DNA of 62,549 bases, counting the filler, from Stramenopiles sp. TOSAG23-3 (Eukaryota), in the NCBI GenBank assembly GCA_900128585.1. It is 9 parts of 9 records of this genome, joined end to end, with 100 filler letters (N's around TTAATTAATTAA, not from the genome) between each part and the next. Parts side by side here need not be neighbours in the genome. Positions count along the whole stretch, not along the records: positions 33,983 to 42,364 come from LT643027.1; positions 42,465 to 50,836 come from LT643028.1; positions 50,937 to 59,296 come from LT643029.1; 6 more parts are not named here. The stretch is one strand, 5' to 3'. Shown here in pieces: positions 42,018 through 54,813 of the stretch (positions are counted from its first letter, which is position 1; each line of letters starts with the position of its first letter). The position numbers and the translations under genes are program-made. The notes beneath the pieces are model-generated. The model worked only from the letters and a program-made list of their open reading frames with translations. It was not told the DNA's origin and made no database searches.

Positions 42018-42364
42018 GGACCTATGGAATTTCAAAAGAATAGTGTTACACCAGTTTGATTGCCAACTGAAAGTAAAGTGCTTATGATACAACGAGAAAG
42101 AGCGGTGGGTTGCGGTAACTTACCACCTTTCTTGTGGAAATATCTACTATTGCTTCTCGAGACTGTCTTTACCGGCGGCACACACTGTTCCCTGCGATAG
42201 AAACAGTTATCCGTTAGATTGTTTTTCCGGTGTTAAATGTTGAGGTGGAGGAATTTTCACTTGTTGTTCTTCTTCTTTTGGGTAACTACTAAGAATGAGA
42301 GAGTGGCATTGAGGAGGAGGGCTTACAATCGTTGTCGAGGAGGAGGAAGCCGTCAAGCCGTCCG

Positions 42365-42464
42365 NNNNNNNNNNNNNNNNNNNNNNNNNNNNNNNNNNNN
42401 NNNNNNNNTTAATTAATTAANNNNNNNNNNNNNNNNNNNNNNNNNNNNNNNNNNNNNNNNNNNN
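42365..42464. other. Artificial contig linker
   Basis: 44N-TTAATTAATTAA-44N. Confidence 0.99.
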
Positions 42465-42821
42465 CTTTGTTTTTATTTTCATGCTTTCAAGGGTAGGGTA
42501 GCTCGGAGCGTGACGGAGCAAGGCATCCGATTTAAACTGCTTTAAGTAATTTATATTCTTTAATTCTGACTTCGTCAGATTCGGGTCAAAAATGCTGTGC
42601 AACGAAACGTCGCCCGTAAGGCTGTTCTTACGCTTCAACGCTACCTCTTTGTGAGAGTCGGGCTTTTTGGAAATGACGATTTGGGTCTTACGCAAGTCAT
42701 GGTGAAATCCCACCAGCCCCGGAAATTGCTTCGCATCCAAAAATGCCTGGGCACGCTCTTGCTTCAGAAGACTCTGTGGGGACAAGGCACGACTCATGGA
42801 ATAGAAGATGTAGGGACGCAC
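42465..42821 (-). CDS. Hypothetical protein (3'-truncated)
   Basis: Frame open to contig end; no family recognised; start uncertain. Confidence 0.45.
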
Positions 42822-43493
42822 AATTTTTCTGAATCTAATGTCAATTCAACCAGCCGAACAAATTTAGGAAGGAAACTTCCATACGTAGATTTTTGTAAAT
42901 GGTTTTTAAGCCCCATGCATTCATCAATCGTGAAGTGCAGGTGTTCGTTATGGCCACCGTTCATTATTTATATCGCACAAATGATTTTTATGTGTTCATT
43001 TATTACTTTTTTTACTTCAGCAGCACAGTACCGGTACCGTGATGAAAACAAATATGAGAACTTCGTTACAATAATGACAGAACGTAGTTACTAACGGTAG
43101 TAAAATATTAGACTATTAGACGACTATTACTTTAACTACTATATATTAACTATATGGAATTTATTATTTCAGAAGAATTCTCATCTAACGTACATGAAGG
43201 AATTTTGTTGTGTTTTGTCGATGTTGTTTTCTTCACAGGTAGGTTCACAGGGTCCTCCTCATAATACCATATTATTTAGGCAATTATTATATTAAGAGAA
43301 TACTAATATTTATAATACTATTTTATATACTGTGCTATTAAATACTAGACTTTGAACTTTCTATTTTCCTTCTTCTTTTTGCTGCGCTGTGTTTCTTCTT
43401 TTTTCTCTCTATTGGTACGGGTAGCACGCACATGAAGCGAACGAAGTGCCTTTCGACGACAAATAACAATTGACTATGAAATGTGCAATCGAA

Positions 43494-44108
43494 TCATTCC
43501 ACGTAATCGAAATTTCCTTTCATTCCTAACGTTTCAGCAGTTTGACGTCTCGACATGCCATGTTTTTTTTCTAGGTATGATTTAATCGCGTACATGTTGT
43601 CTGTCCAAAGGTTGGCCCCAGCTTTGGCCTCTACTACGAAATTGCTAAGTTCTTTCAACGCTTCTGGGTCATTCTTCGCCAGTGTTGACAGTTTCTGCTC
43701 AACTTCTTTTAACACGGACAAATTCTCCTGGTGCTCGTTCCTCAGGGCAACATATTCCTCGGTCAGCTCTCGTCCAGCAGATAGGCTAGAAATCACCTCG
43801 TCGTTCTCTTTAACTTTCTGCTTTTTTGCGGCAATGGATGATTCTAGGCTAGCAAGTTTCTTGCGCTTGTTCTCGTTGGCTTCGCTGGGAAAGGCCCAAT
43901 AATAGTTCGAGATTCCAATTTTTTCCAAGTGCACTAAACCGTCATCAACTAGTTCCTGCAGAACATCCTTGATGCTTTGCGATACAACCTTTTGCTTGCT
44001 GCCCATCTTTTCCATTTCTTTCAGCGTATATGGCTGTTCGTTATCCATCAGAATCCCCATAAGGATCTGCATTTTTCTGGCCTTCGGCATTCCAGTTCGT
44101 TTCGACAT
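43494..44108 (-). CDS. MND1: Meiotic nuclear division protein 1 (Hop2 partner)
   Basis: YTLKEMEK, SIKDVLQELVDDGLVHLEKIGISNYYWAFPS, coiled coil, NDPE..ANLWTDN; ATG at 44108, 204 aa. Confidence 0.95.
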   Translation of the reverse strand: MSKRTGMPKARKMQILMGILMDNEQPYTLKEMEKMGSKQKVVSQSIKDVLQELVDDGLVHLEKIGISNYYWAFPSEANENKRKKLASLESSIAAKKQKVKENDEVISSLSAGRELTEEYVALRNEHQENLSVLKEVEQKLSTLAKNDPEALKELSNFVVEAKAGANLWTDNMYAIKSYLEKKHGMSRRQTAETLGMKGNFDYVE

Positions 44109-44660
44109 GTTGAAACCTCTTTGAATCAAGCAGTAGTAATAAATCACGTCTGTGCACACTTTCTGTAAACACCAGGTTCTTCAATCACGGAAGTTTTCTT
44201 ATAAATGCGCTGATTTTCTTTTCAAGTTACTTTTCGTTTCTTATCGTTTCTTATCGTTTCTTATGATCGTATTCTGTTTTCGTTTGTACATTCAAAGAAC
44301 TAAACAGAAAACCGTGTACGTTTTGCAATCGATTGGTCTGAAGAATAATTAAAAGTTTGCCGCCAAAGTGCATCCTCCATTTTTTTCATTATTATTCCTA
44401 TTACTACAATAATATACACACAGCATTGAATATAATAATATAACACAGCATTGACTCAAGGAGCGAGGAGGTGATTCAATAGTCCTTTAACACGTACGCA
44501 GTATAACGAGTAAGACAAAATATGCGCAGTAAAACACAGATTATTGTAATAATATGTACATCCGTTGTGAAGCCGAAGAAATGTTTGCATTTTGTTCACT
44601 AAATTATGTGCAGGAGAACTCACAAAACCATAGGCTCACAACTATTGGGGGCGTTTAAAT

Positions 44661-45632
44661 TCAACCGACCTTTGCCGCCCCGGCTTTCTTTCTTTTTGCT
44701 TCGAACGCTTGAATTAGCGAGTTCGAGTTCTTGCACAGCGTATCTTTCGGGTCCAAGTTTAGCAAGTCGTCCATCCATCCCAACGCGTGGATCATTTCCA
44801 AGAACACTTCGTCACATTTTCCTTGGAGAAACACGTCCACTTCAGAACCGACTAGCTCCAGGTTAACCAGGCACTTGGTTGTCTTGTCGGAGACTTCCTC
44901 CGGTAGCGATGCCGCGGGGTAAACCGTCAATGACGTGCCGCAGACGAACAAAAGGTCGACTGCATCTTTGTCCCTTTCCATGCACTCGAAAAACGTACCA
45001 GGCAAGTTCCCACCGTACAGGACGGTCGCCGGTTTAACCCCAGACATTTTGCAGTGAGGACAGTGTATGTTTGAACTCGATTTTGGGGCGTTTTTGTCGA
45101 TATCGTAAATGTCTTTAATGTTCGCCGCAACGGCAGACCGGAACACGTCTGTTTCCATCTCTGCTTGGCAAAACTCACACTCGACTCGGCCCAACGATCC
45201 GTGAACCGCAACTATTTTCTCTGGATCTATCCCCAGCTGATAGTCCAAACCATCGATATTTTGGGTATACAAGCGAGTAAGCATCCCTTTCCTGTCTAGT
45301 ATTTGTGCAAAGGCGTGGGCGATAGTAGGCTTCCACTTCTTCTCCGCCACGCCAAGAATAAACGGGCGTCTGAGTTCCAAGTACGGGACCTGGTTGTTTT
45401 CAAAGAGATCCATTGAAACAACGTAAGTAGGGTCTTCGTGCATAGCAAGTCGCTCATGTGCGGAGGCAGTCAATAGCTCGGGCTGGAGGGTATCGTACAT
45501 TCCACCAGGGGAGCGAAAATCTGGGATTCCGCTGCTCACACTAACACCCGCGCCGGTCAGCAGACAAATCTTTTTCACCTTGCCGTCGACTATCATGTTG
45601 ACCACCTGCTTTAACTTTGATGCGCTTTGCAT
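44661..45632 (-). CDS. NAD-dependent deacylase, class I sirtuin (SIRT2/3-like)
   Basis: LTGAGVSVSSGIPDFRSPG, YTQNIDGL, VHG, two CxxC pairs, GTSLTVYPAA; ATG at 45632. Confidence 0.93.
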   Translation of the reverse strand: MQSASKLKQVVNMIVDGKVKKICLLTGAGVSVSSGIPDFRSPGGMYDTLQPELLTASAHERLAMHEDPTYVVSMDLFENNQVPYLELRRPFILGVAEKKWKPTIAHAFAQILDRKGMLTRLYTQNIDGLDYQLGIDPEKIVAVHGSLGRVECEFCQAEMETDVFRSAVAANIKDIYDIDKNAPKSSSNIHCPHCKMSGVKPATVLYGGNLPGTFFECMERDKDAVDLLFVCGTSLTVYPAASLPEEVSDKTTKCLVNLELVGSEVDVFLQGKCDEVFLEMIHALGWMDDLLNLDPKDTLCKNSNSLIQAFEAKRKKAGAAKVG

Positions 45633-46185
45633 GGTTTTTAAGGAGGAAGAAAAGCACTTATAAGAGGAACTATATTTAATCTCCAGATATTCATGCGTAA
45701 TAAGTAAGCGGTTAAAGAAGTGAATAATGTTTATTTTACTGCGCATGTCATTTGGTATCATCAATCGAATGTGTATATAATTCACATTGAATAGAAAACA
45801 CCTTTAATAATAAGAGAGGAGGAGGTATAAATTTTTAGTCTCCTATAGTGTAATTATTCATAATATAATAGCTAACATATTATAGGTATATAATAGAAAT
45901 AGCAACAAAGAAGAAAAGAAAAATTGAATCTTTTTTTTATTTTTCTTCTTCAGCGAGCGAGGAAGAAAAGAAGGGAAGGTTGTTGTCCTTCTTTCTTCTT
46001 CCATAGATTAGAGACCTGAGATCCTGAGAGAATAATATAATAATTCCTCCTCATTGTGACCGTACTTCCTAGACTACGAGTTCGTACGTATGCAAGACGC
46101 GAAGAAGATCGAGACATTTTTTTACCGACTGTTTTAGTGCTTTGTGTGAACCTGGTAATTTACCGTACACCGGAATTTTAAAAAT

Positions 46186-48421
46186 TTACACCTCCTGCGC
46201 GCTGGGTGGCTTGCACAGACTTATGCCCAACGTACTGTTGAACGGCATGACATTGTTGATATGGGCAAATACAGCCATGCTTCCTCCGACGACAAAAAAG
46301 TTATCTGGAAAATATAAAGTCGCCTGCTTCGTGTTCGGGTCGAACCCGGTGTAGGCAGTTTGGTTTGGCGCAAACACGTTAACGTACTTCTGCCCTGAAA
46401 CTGTGTTGATTCCTTGGTCTATGGGGTACTTGATCACTTTGGCGCTTCCCGCTCCCCCTGGGTTGACGATTATGATCATTTCCGCAACGTTTGTCTGCAC
46501 GCGGCTGTATGCCAGCACGCCGCCGTTGCTGTCGGACGCGTCTCGCCAGGCCATTTGGCCACTTGCCAACGGTGGGCAACTGCGTCGCAACGCGGACAGT
46601 TTTCTCGCGAGTTTGTACAGGAAATGGGTTCGATCAAGCATGGGATCCTCGGTCCAATGCGGGGACAGGGCAGGCGTGGAAAAGCCGACGTACTGGAGAC
46701 CGTTTATTGACGACACGGCCGACCCAAGTCGCCAGACCCCACTTGAGAAAAAGTCTTGGCGCTTGAGGGCATCGCTGTTGGAGGACTGCTCGCACTCCTT
46801 TCCAATGTTCGCGTTCGCCCCGCCGGCGTTGATTGTACCTGGACAGTTTCCGTTGAAGCCCTGCTCCAATCCGTAGTAGATTATTGGTATGCCCGGGGCC
46901 GTGAGCAAATAGCCGAGCCCACTCATGACGTACCCAATGTTTCCCGGGTTTGTCGACAAAAATCGCGTCCAATCGTGGATCTCTAACATCGTAAAACATT
47001 TGTTGCACTGCGTTTGCGACAACGTCTGGGCGACGATCGTTTTGTAGTCTTGGCTGTTGAAGTACTTTGCAACGTCCGAGGAGGGGCGGTTGCACAAAAG
47101 AGCCGCCCTGGACGTCCCGCTTTCGTCGAAATCGTAGATGCTATTCAGCCCTGGGAGGGGGAAGACGCTGTTTTTCAAGTACGTTGGTTTCAGCTGCCAC
47201 AGCATGGTCGTCAGCGCGCTTGGAACGTTTCCACGTTGGTCCGGATTTTGAGGGTCCGACATCATTCTGCCGAGCGCCCGCCCTTCCCAATCGGACGACG
47301 CCGCGACTTCCCCGAGGACCATAAAGTTGTCCTTTCCGATCGTTTTTGCGTACGCACGGATATGGGTCGAAAAATAGGCCAGAAAATCGTCCGTAACATG
47401 CTTTGCGGCATCCAAGCGAAACCCGTCGATGTCGGCGTAGGCAACCCAATACTTCATCAGGTTGGTGTAAATTTGCTGCCAATCGTAGTTTCTTGTGTCA
47501 TAATCGAACATCCCCGCGGTGAAATCGCCGAAAACGGCCGCAGGGTCTTCCCCACTCATCTCTTGGCTGGTGTCCGGACCGCACTGGTCGAAGAAGTCGT
47601 TGGTTCGGAATGGGGGAAAAAACGACTTTCCGAACGAAAGCTGCCCCCTAGACTCGGCCTTTCCCGCTTTGCCTTGCCAGTACAGCGCGCTGTACTCGTT
47701 CGGGCACTTTTGGTGGTCAGGCATTTTGTTTTTGTTGTAGGAAGTGCTTTGCGAATCATCGGAGCACATGTGGTTGATGACGATGTCTAAAATAATACTT
47801 ATCCCTCTGTTATGCGCCTCTTCCACCAAGTGTTGAAACTCTTCCTTTGTGCCGAACCCAGGGTCGATTGTGGTGAGATCTGTCGTGCAGTACCCATGGT
47901 ATTGGCCGTTGTGGTGGAGTAGCGGGGTTATCCATAGTGCATCGACGTTCAGATCAACCAAATAGTCCAGACGGTCAACGATTCCTTGTATGTCACCCCC
48001 ATGCCTATAGTCCGGCAACCCTTCTGGGTCATTGGTGTGTTGGCTAAAATATTTAAACGTGAAACGGGATTCTGTCAGGCGTTGTTGTTTGTTTGCGGAG
48101 GGATGAATTCTTTTTTTGTACTTACTGGTCTCGTTGTTGCGAGGGAACGTTGAGGTTATCGTTCGTTAGATTTCCATTGTTGAACCGATCTACCATAATC
48201 TGGTACACCACCTTCGTGTCCCACTGGCTTGGGGACGGTGTACGTGTTATTCCCGACTCATCAAACTCCTTCTCCCCAAGTGAAACTCGACCCTGTGCCC
48301 ATGTTTTTACAGCCGGAATTCCGTTAGAGGCATCCGGAAGGGACGAAAACGCTGCCCCGATCAAGACCAGCAGGACAGAGACGCAAAACAACCCCGGCAC
48401 TAGTCTTCTCTTCTCCATCAT
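46186..48421 (-). CDS. Secreted or signal-anchored GH13 alpha-amylase-family enzyme, two exons (48421-48126, 48043-46186)
   Basis: Intron 48125-48044 (GTAAGT...TTTTAG) joins YQIMVDRFNNG in frame to GGDIQGI..LDY; YHGY, DIVINH; catalytic DGFRLDAAKH, GEV, EIHD. Confidence 0.93.
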
Positions 48422-49074
48422 AAAAGGTGCTTTTATCTTTAACTGTTTCTATTGTTCTTGAAAAGCTCTCTATCTATATGTAATTTTATCCTCATGTACA
48501 TATTTTAAAACATTTTACAACCTTTTGAAACAACTAATGATCATTCGTTTCATTCCCTTTCATTTCATTCCAGTCATTAAAAATTACCCCCATACGATTA
48601 ACGAGGAGGATGATGAATCTTCTTTTTTTTTTTTGACATTAATATTAATACCAAGTACCGGTAGTAGATTTATTTCCTTTGTTATTCCCCTCAAAAAAGA
48701 ATAATAATGTATTTGTACTCCTCCTCTATCTTCTCCACGTTGTTCTGGTCTATTATTTTTTCTATTTTATTCTCGATTTCTGGTGATTCTTGATATTCGA
48801 GAAGATGACGCGCTTAATAAAATATGAGCTCTTCTTTTTTTGTTCAAAAAATGTCCTTGTTCTACCTCGTATGTTACAGGTATTAATACCTGTACATTAG
48901 TCTATAAAAGGACGTACTACGAGGACTCCTCGTACTGTAGGGTAGGTAGAATATAAATGAATTATTATTCGTACAATCAATGCTTAACCTGTATGTATAA
49001 TTAAGTTCATTATATTATTATACATCAGCAGAGCACCACATAACTCCTTTTTACCTGCAAAATATTTCCTTCCT

Positions 49075-50836
49075 CTATTGCTGCTGAATTGCAACTGCAA
49101 CACTTGGTCTCTTGTTCCCGATTGGATTAAACGTTGTGTTGATGGATTCAGACCAGCGATTTACAGACATTTCTAAGTCTGCATCCGCGTCATTGTATGC
49201 TTCCTGCTTGTTGCCCATTTTGCGAACCACCAAAATTCCGGCCACTAACCCCACAACAACTACCAACGAAATAATTATTATCAAGGAATCATTCTCTGCC
49301 GGTTTCTCTGATTTCATGTCACTGCTTGCTTGCTCTGATTTTGGCTCTGATTTTGACTCTGACTTTGACTCAACCACAGTCATGCTACTAGAGGTGGACA
49401 CAACCGAATTTAATCGGCGCCCAGACTGCGTTGGTTTCATCCCTTTTGCCAACATGTCAACTTCATCAAAACTAACAGTTTCACTAAATGTGGAGAATAA
49501 CACTACTTCGCAATTTCCTGATTCCCCGGTACTACTCTCTGTGTCGATATCTGTTCGAAGAACTTTGCCACGCCACTCCGGCGACATTTTCAGGGTGTCT
49601 TTGATGCTCCTGCTTGTAGCCTTTACGCAGGGGCCATTATAAGATGCTACGGTAGTGATCAAACGGTCTTTCCTAATTTCTGTAACAATACCATTTACTT
49701 TGGCATCCGTCAACTCTTCCACAAGCTTTCTGATCCGCTCTGATTTATCGTACCCTCTACTCAGTTTCTTGAATGCATCCTTCCCCACAGACTCGCAATC
49801 CGTTTGGGATTGTTCAGAATCTTGCAAACAATCTGCCCGGGCATCTGCTGCTGCTGTTATTGCCGCACTCACCTTCCGAGCTTTAATTTCACTCGAGTTC
49901 AACCCCAACATTTCAACTCTGTCGGAAACCTCAGTCGAACATTTTTTATCACAAGCTGAACCTTGAAAAAAGGCCTCAAACTGTGACCTTGCTAAGGAAT
50001 CACTTACTGGGAGCTTGCTTTTCAGGTTGCCCTTGGAAAACATTTCCGCTTCTTTCAGGCACTCCGCAAATTCTTTTACAACTCCCTCTTGACAATCCAG
50101 TAGGTAGTCCCCAACCATCTTGGATTTTACTCTGGCAACATCTGCTTCCTCAAATTTTTTCTCGCGTAGCAACAAATACGAATTCCTGGCTTCGACCCCA
50201 CCGCCAACGCTGGTAATTCCACGCGAAGTCTGTGACTGCGCAAGAAGCTCACGAGCAAGCAGTTCCTCTGCTCCATCACGCTTAATAGTTGCCAAAGTGT
50301 GTTTTTTCAGACTCCATTTTCCCATTGCAGAATTTCTTTCCTCTTCAAACTTACAGGAGGCGGTCCCAACACCGGCGGAATCGCATGCTAATGCAGCACG
50401 GGCAACTTGGGACACCCCAGCGTTATGCAATAAGTTGGAAAACTTGAGTTGTGCAGTGTCCAAATCAACACCGTACACTTTTAGTTCTTCTTTTACTGCA
50501 CCTTCCTGCGAAATGTCGGACGCATTCGTTTTTCCAAACGCTTTGTTCATAGCAACCAAGGCCTTTGTCTGCGTTTTTTTTTTAAGACGATTAAATTCTG
50601 TGTGGGACACTTCTGCTTTCCCCATGGATTCCTTGATAGCATCTTTATTTAATTCAAAATTGCCGAAACATTTAGCTTTATCGGTGCTTGCGTCTGAATC
50701 GTAACATGCCTTAATGGTGCTTCTGAGGTAGTCCGATGCCCCTTCGTTCAAATGAAATTGAAATTCTGTATCTGATACTTCATCAACACCCAAGCTTTCT
50801 TTCAGTGCTGTTTTGGCAGATGCACGAGCTACACTG
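49075..50836 (-). CDS. Hypothetical type I membrane protein with Cys-paired helical repeats (5'-truncated)
   Basis: Frame open from contig edge; C-terminal TM IIIISLVVVVGLVAGILVV followed by RK; GRRL motif upstream of the TM. Confidence 0.75.
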
Positions 50837-50936
50837 NNNNNNNNNNNNNNNNNNNNNNNNNNNNNNNNNNNNNNNNNNNNTTAATTAATTAANNNNNNNN
50901 NNNNNNNNNNNNNNNNNNNNNNNNNNNNNNNNNNNN
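50837..50936. other. Artificial contig linker
   Basis: 44N-TTAATTAATTAA-44N. Confidence 0.99.
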
Positions 50937-51488
50937 TTATTTAAAGAAACTAAAAAACAAGTTAAGGTAAACATAAATATTTTTATTAAACAAAGATAAA
51001 GAAATCCTTCTTTGTGGTTTTATTCAGTTTATCTATTTTGAATGATTATACTTTTATCATTTTGGAATTTACATCATTCTTAAATAAAACCATTAAATAA
51101 TTATATATAACATAAGAATAGCATAGATGAAATAATCTAAAAGAATCTTAAAGAATTATAAAATACAAGAATCCTTATATATACATATAAATACCATTCG
51201 TATACATTATATAGGATTATAGATGAAATAAGTAAAGATAAGATTTTTTATCTTTTCTTCTTTTCTTTCTTTTCTTTTCTTTCTTCTTTCTTCTTCTTTC
51301 TCAAAATTGAATTTTGAATGAAAGATCAATTGAAAGAAAGTGTTCTTCTATCTCCACTTAAAAATTAACAATTGAATGGATTTCCAATGTTCTGTTTGTG
51401 TTTCTCATCTCTCTGCCTGTTTTCATTTTCAATTTGAGACGGTTCGGTGTTGATTTTTTCCCCCTTCTCCCCCTTGAAGAGAGAAAGA

Positions 51489-53433
51489 ATGTCTGCGTTT
51501 TTAAACCCCCCACAGAGTAGTAGTAGTAGTAATAGTAATGGTGGCGGTGGGGGTGAAAGGAGCGCCGCGGGTTCTGGGGAAAAGATGGTTGTCTCGGAAA
51601 GCCCGGCGCCTGGGTCCATTCCAGTTGTACACCCCCACCCTTCTGACGATGGTACGGAACGCGTCGAGACGGACGTCGACGAAGTCTTTATAAGGTGGCT
51701 GGAAGACAATGGTGCGCGGTTCCCGAAAGTCGTATGGCCCTCGCGGGCGACGGTGGGCGGCGTACGCGGCGCGGTCGCGACGGGCGACATTGCAACGAAC
51801 GAGCCGATGATGTGGATCCCCCACAAACTTCTGATCTCCCCCCCTGTCGCCCGGAGCTCCCCGCACATCGGGCACGTGTTCATCGAAAACGAGCGATTTT
51901 TTCACGGGGACGACGACCTTCTCCTGGCGACCTACTGCATGTACGAAGAGAGCCGCGGGAAGGACTCCTTCTGGTACCCATTTTTGGCCATGCTCCCTCG
52001 CCCGGGGTCCATATCGGACTGGACCAAGGAGGAAATGGCGGAGGTCCAGGACGACGTCCTGGTCCACGAGGCCAAGCGGCGCCCGCAGCGCCTGAACCTC
52101 AAGTACGAGAGGCTGATGGTCATGTTGGAGGAAGAGTATTTTGACCTGTTCGACCGGACGGTGCACACGTTCGAACGGTTCCGGCACGCTTGGATGACGA
52201 TCCAGGCCCGGGCCTTCGGCCGCCGGCTCCCGTGGACCGCGCTGGTCCCGTTTGCGGACTGCTTGAACCATACGAACGTCCAGACAAAGTACGATTTCAA
52301 CGTAGACGACAACGGGATGTTTCGGCTTTATCCGACGGGCCGCAACTGCTACCCGAAAGGGGCGGAAGTCTTCAACAGTTACGGCCGCCGGGACAACAGT
52401 TTCCTCCTTATGGAGTACGGCTTCGCGCTGCACCAGAACGAGTGGTAAGTCCCTCCTCTTCCCCGCCTTCCTTCCCCCCTTCTTTGCCTGACTAACACAC
52501 AAACACGCAACGCTCTTGTTTCTTTCTGCCGTTCTTCTGGCACACAGGGACACCGTGGACATGACGATTTCTATCGAGGACACGGACGTGGCGTGCGAGC
52601 GAAAGCGCTCCCTTCTGAAGCGTTTTTACATCAGCAGCACCCGGCGGTTCAAGCTTCGGCTCGGTCGCCTGAACTCGGACCTGCTCTCCTTCTGCCGGCT
52701 GAGGACGATGACGGACGAGGAGTTGGACGAGCCGGACAACGAGGTCAAGTTCTTCGGCCAAGGGATCTCGTTCCCGAACGAGGTGGCAGCCCTGAACATG
52801 TACATGGCCGTCCTGGAAGACAAGCAGTGCTCGTACCCGACGTCCTTCGAGGAGGACGCGGAGCTCCTTGACGCGGCGGGGACCCCGCCGCGGCTCGTCG
52901 CCGCGGCACGCTACCGTCACTCGAAGAAGCGTATTTTGCGGAACCAGATAGAGATCCTCGTGGCATTGAAACCGCTCGTTCAGCTCCTTCACAAGCAGGA
53001 GGGGATGGGGCTGCTCAACGTGGACACGAGGGCGGCCCGGATGAAAAGCTTGACCAAGTACATAGACGCGATGGTGGCGATGGCGAACCCGGTGAAGCCG
53101 GAGCCTTTGGGGATGCCGAACCCCGCCGCCGTCCTTGCCCGGGCCGCGGACTCGCAGCAAACGGCAAAGTCTCGGGTGGGAGCACAGGGCGGCACGGCGC
53201 ACGAAGCCCAGGCGAGGGCCGACAGGGCAGCGGAGATGAGGCCGCGGCAGCTGGTGCAAGGGCGGCACGTGGTGAGCGTGTCGGCGCAAGAGGAAAAGGC
53301 GGGGGGGGAGGGGCAGGCCGGGGTGGCGGCGGGCCTCGAGGGCCTGCGGCTCGACGTGGCCCCAAAGCAGAACGGGGAGGCGTCGGCCCCCGTTGAAATT
53401 TCTGAAGAGGACGATAACGAAGAGAGTAGCTGA
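51489..53433 (+). CDS. SET-domain methyltransferase, Rubisco-LSMT/SETD3-like, two exons (51489-52444, 52548-53433)
   Basis: RGAVATGDI, SFWYPFL, LVPFADCLNH, EVFNSYG..N..LLMEYGF, YPTSFEED; intron GTAAGT..GACTAAC..CACAG restores frame (NEW-DTV). Confidence 0.92.
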
Positions 53434-54240
53434 GTCTCCCACTGTATGGGGGCGCTGGGGGGTAATGTCATGGACACACTTTTTTAAAATTGAAGAGGAA
53501 ATAAAAACATTTGTCAAAAAACGGTCAAATAGACACACCACAGGGCGGGCGGTTGCTCGTTCATTCTTACAGGGAAAGACGAGATGTTTAAAAGAGCGAG
53601 TATGATACAGGTGTTGGCGGTTGCTCGTTAAGAATTCTATGATATCATATGATAAAAACAAATATGCTTTAAGACTCGTTAAGAATTCTTATTATGTACA
53701 GGGAAAGACGAGCGAGATATTTTTTAAAGTGCGAAAGGTGTAACCATTTCTCAACAACTGCGTAAAAGAGCGGGTGGGCAGCACGTAATAGTGTAGGAAG
53801 AGCAAGGTTTTACTTACAACTTGCAAGGGTTCGTAAGTCTTAATCCCCCCCCCTGTTTGTTGTGTTGGCTTCTTGTTAATTTATTATGTAAGAATCATGA
53901 TGCGGTGTTGCGAAAGCAGAAGAGAGAGGGGCAAAATCATATTGTACGATGATTTAGAAATTCGTTTTTTAATGTAAAAGGCATATTTTGTTTGAAAAGA
54001 AAATCAAGCTAACTAAGTACGGCGTTCCCGCTCTTTATAAAAAGGTTACGTTCCAACAACGAGATGGCATCCATTGAATTTTGGACCACTCCTCCACCAC
54101 TCGCGTACTCTTTCACAACGAACGTACCGCCCACTCCCTGTGGGCCTCCTCTCGTTCGCACCGCCCGCCTGTCGGCCGTCGTTCCTCCCCACTGCAAATA
54201 ATTGTATATATAATGAACAAACGGGGGGGGGGGGGGGGCT

Positions 54241-54813
54241 TTACAGACCACCACCGACCTTGACGCCGAATTGTCGTTTCAACGCGGCTTGCTTGCGGGT
54301 GATTTTAGTAACTTCGCGGGTCTCCTTGGCTTTCTTAACGACTGAACCTCTTTCGGCTACAATAAGTTCAATATGGCAAGGGTGTGCTTGGTACGGGCCG
54401 ATGCGACCGTGGGCACGGTAGGTCCTGCGGCGTTGCTTGATTGCTTGGTTGACTTGGATGTGGTGGATGAAGCAGTTGTCGATGTCCAAACCTTTGAATT
54501 CTGCGTTTGCCTCTGCGTTTACCAACAAATCCAACAAATATTTGGCACTCTTGAGTGGCCAGCCGGACTGGGAGCCTGGGGCGTTGATTTGCTTGGCCTG
54601 GGCGTGTCGGCCACGTCCGCCGGTGAAGCGCTTGAAGGCTACAACTTGTTTCTTGTCAATAACGTCTTGCAAGTACTTTTGTGCGCCTTTCAAGTCCCTG
54701 TTCTTCAACATGGCCGCGGTTTCACGGGCGTTTTTGAAATGCGTGCGCAACTGGTTGCCGCGGGCCTTGACCATCTTGGTCTGGTCTTCTGGGTTTATCG
54801 AGTACTTGACCAT
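54241..54813 (-). CDS. RPL17: 60S ribosomal protein L17 (uL22)
   Basis: MVKYS..KARG..LRTHFKN.RETA, WP.KSA, RRRTYRAHGRI.PY..PCHIE. Confidence 0.98.
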   Translation of the reverse strand: MVKYSINPEDQTKMVKARGNQLRTHFKNARETAAMLKNRDLKGAQKYLQDVIDKKQVVAFKRFTGGRGRHAQAKQINAPGSQSGWPLKSAKYLLDLLVNAEANAEFKGLDIDNCFIHHIQVNQAIKQRRRTYRAHGRIGPYQAHPCHIELIVAERGSVVKKAKETREVTKITRKQAALKRQFGVKVGGGL

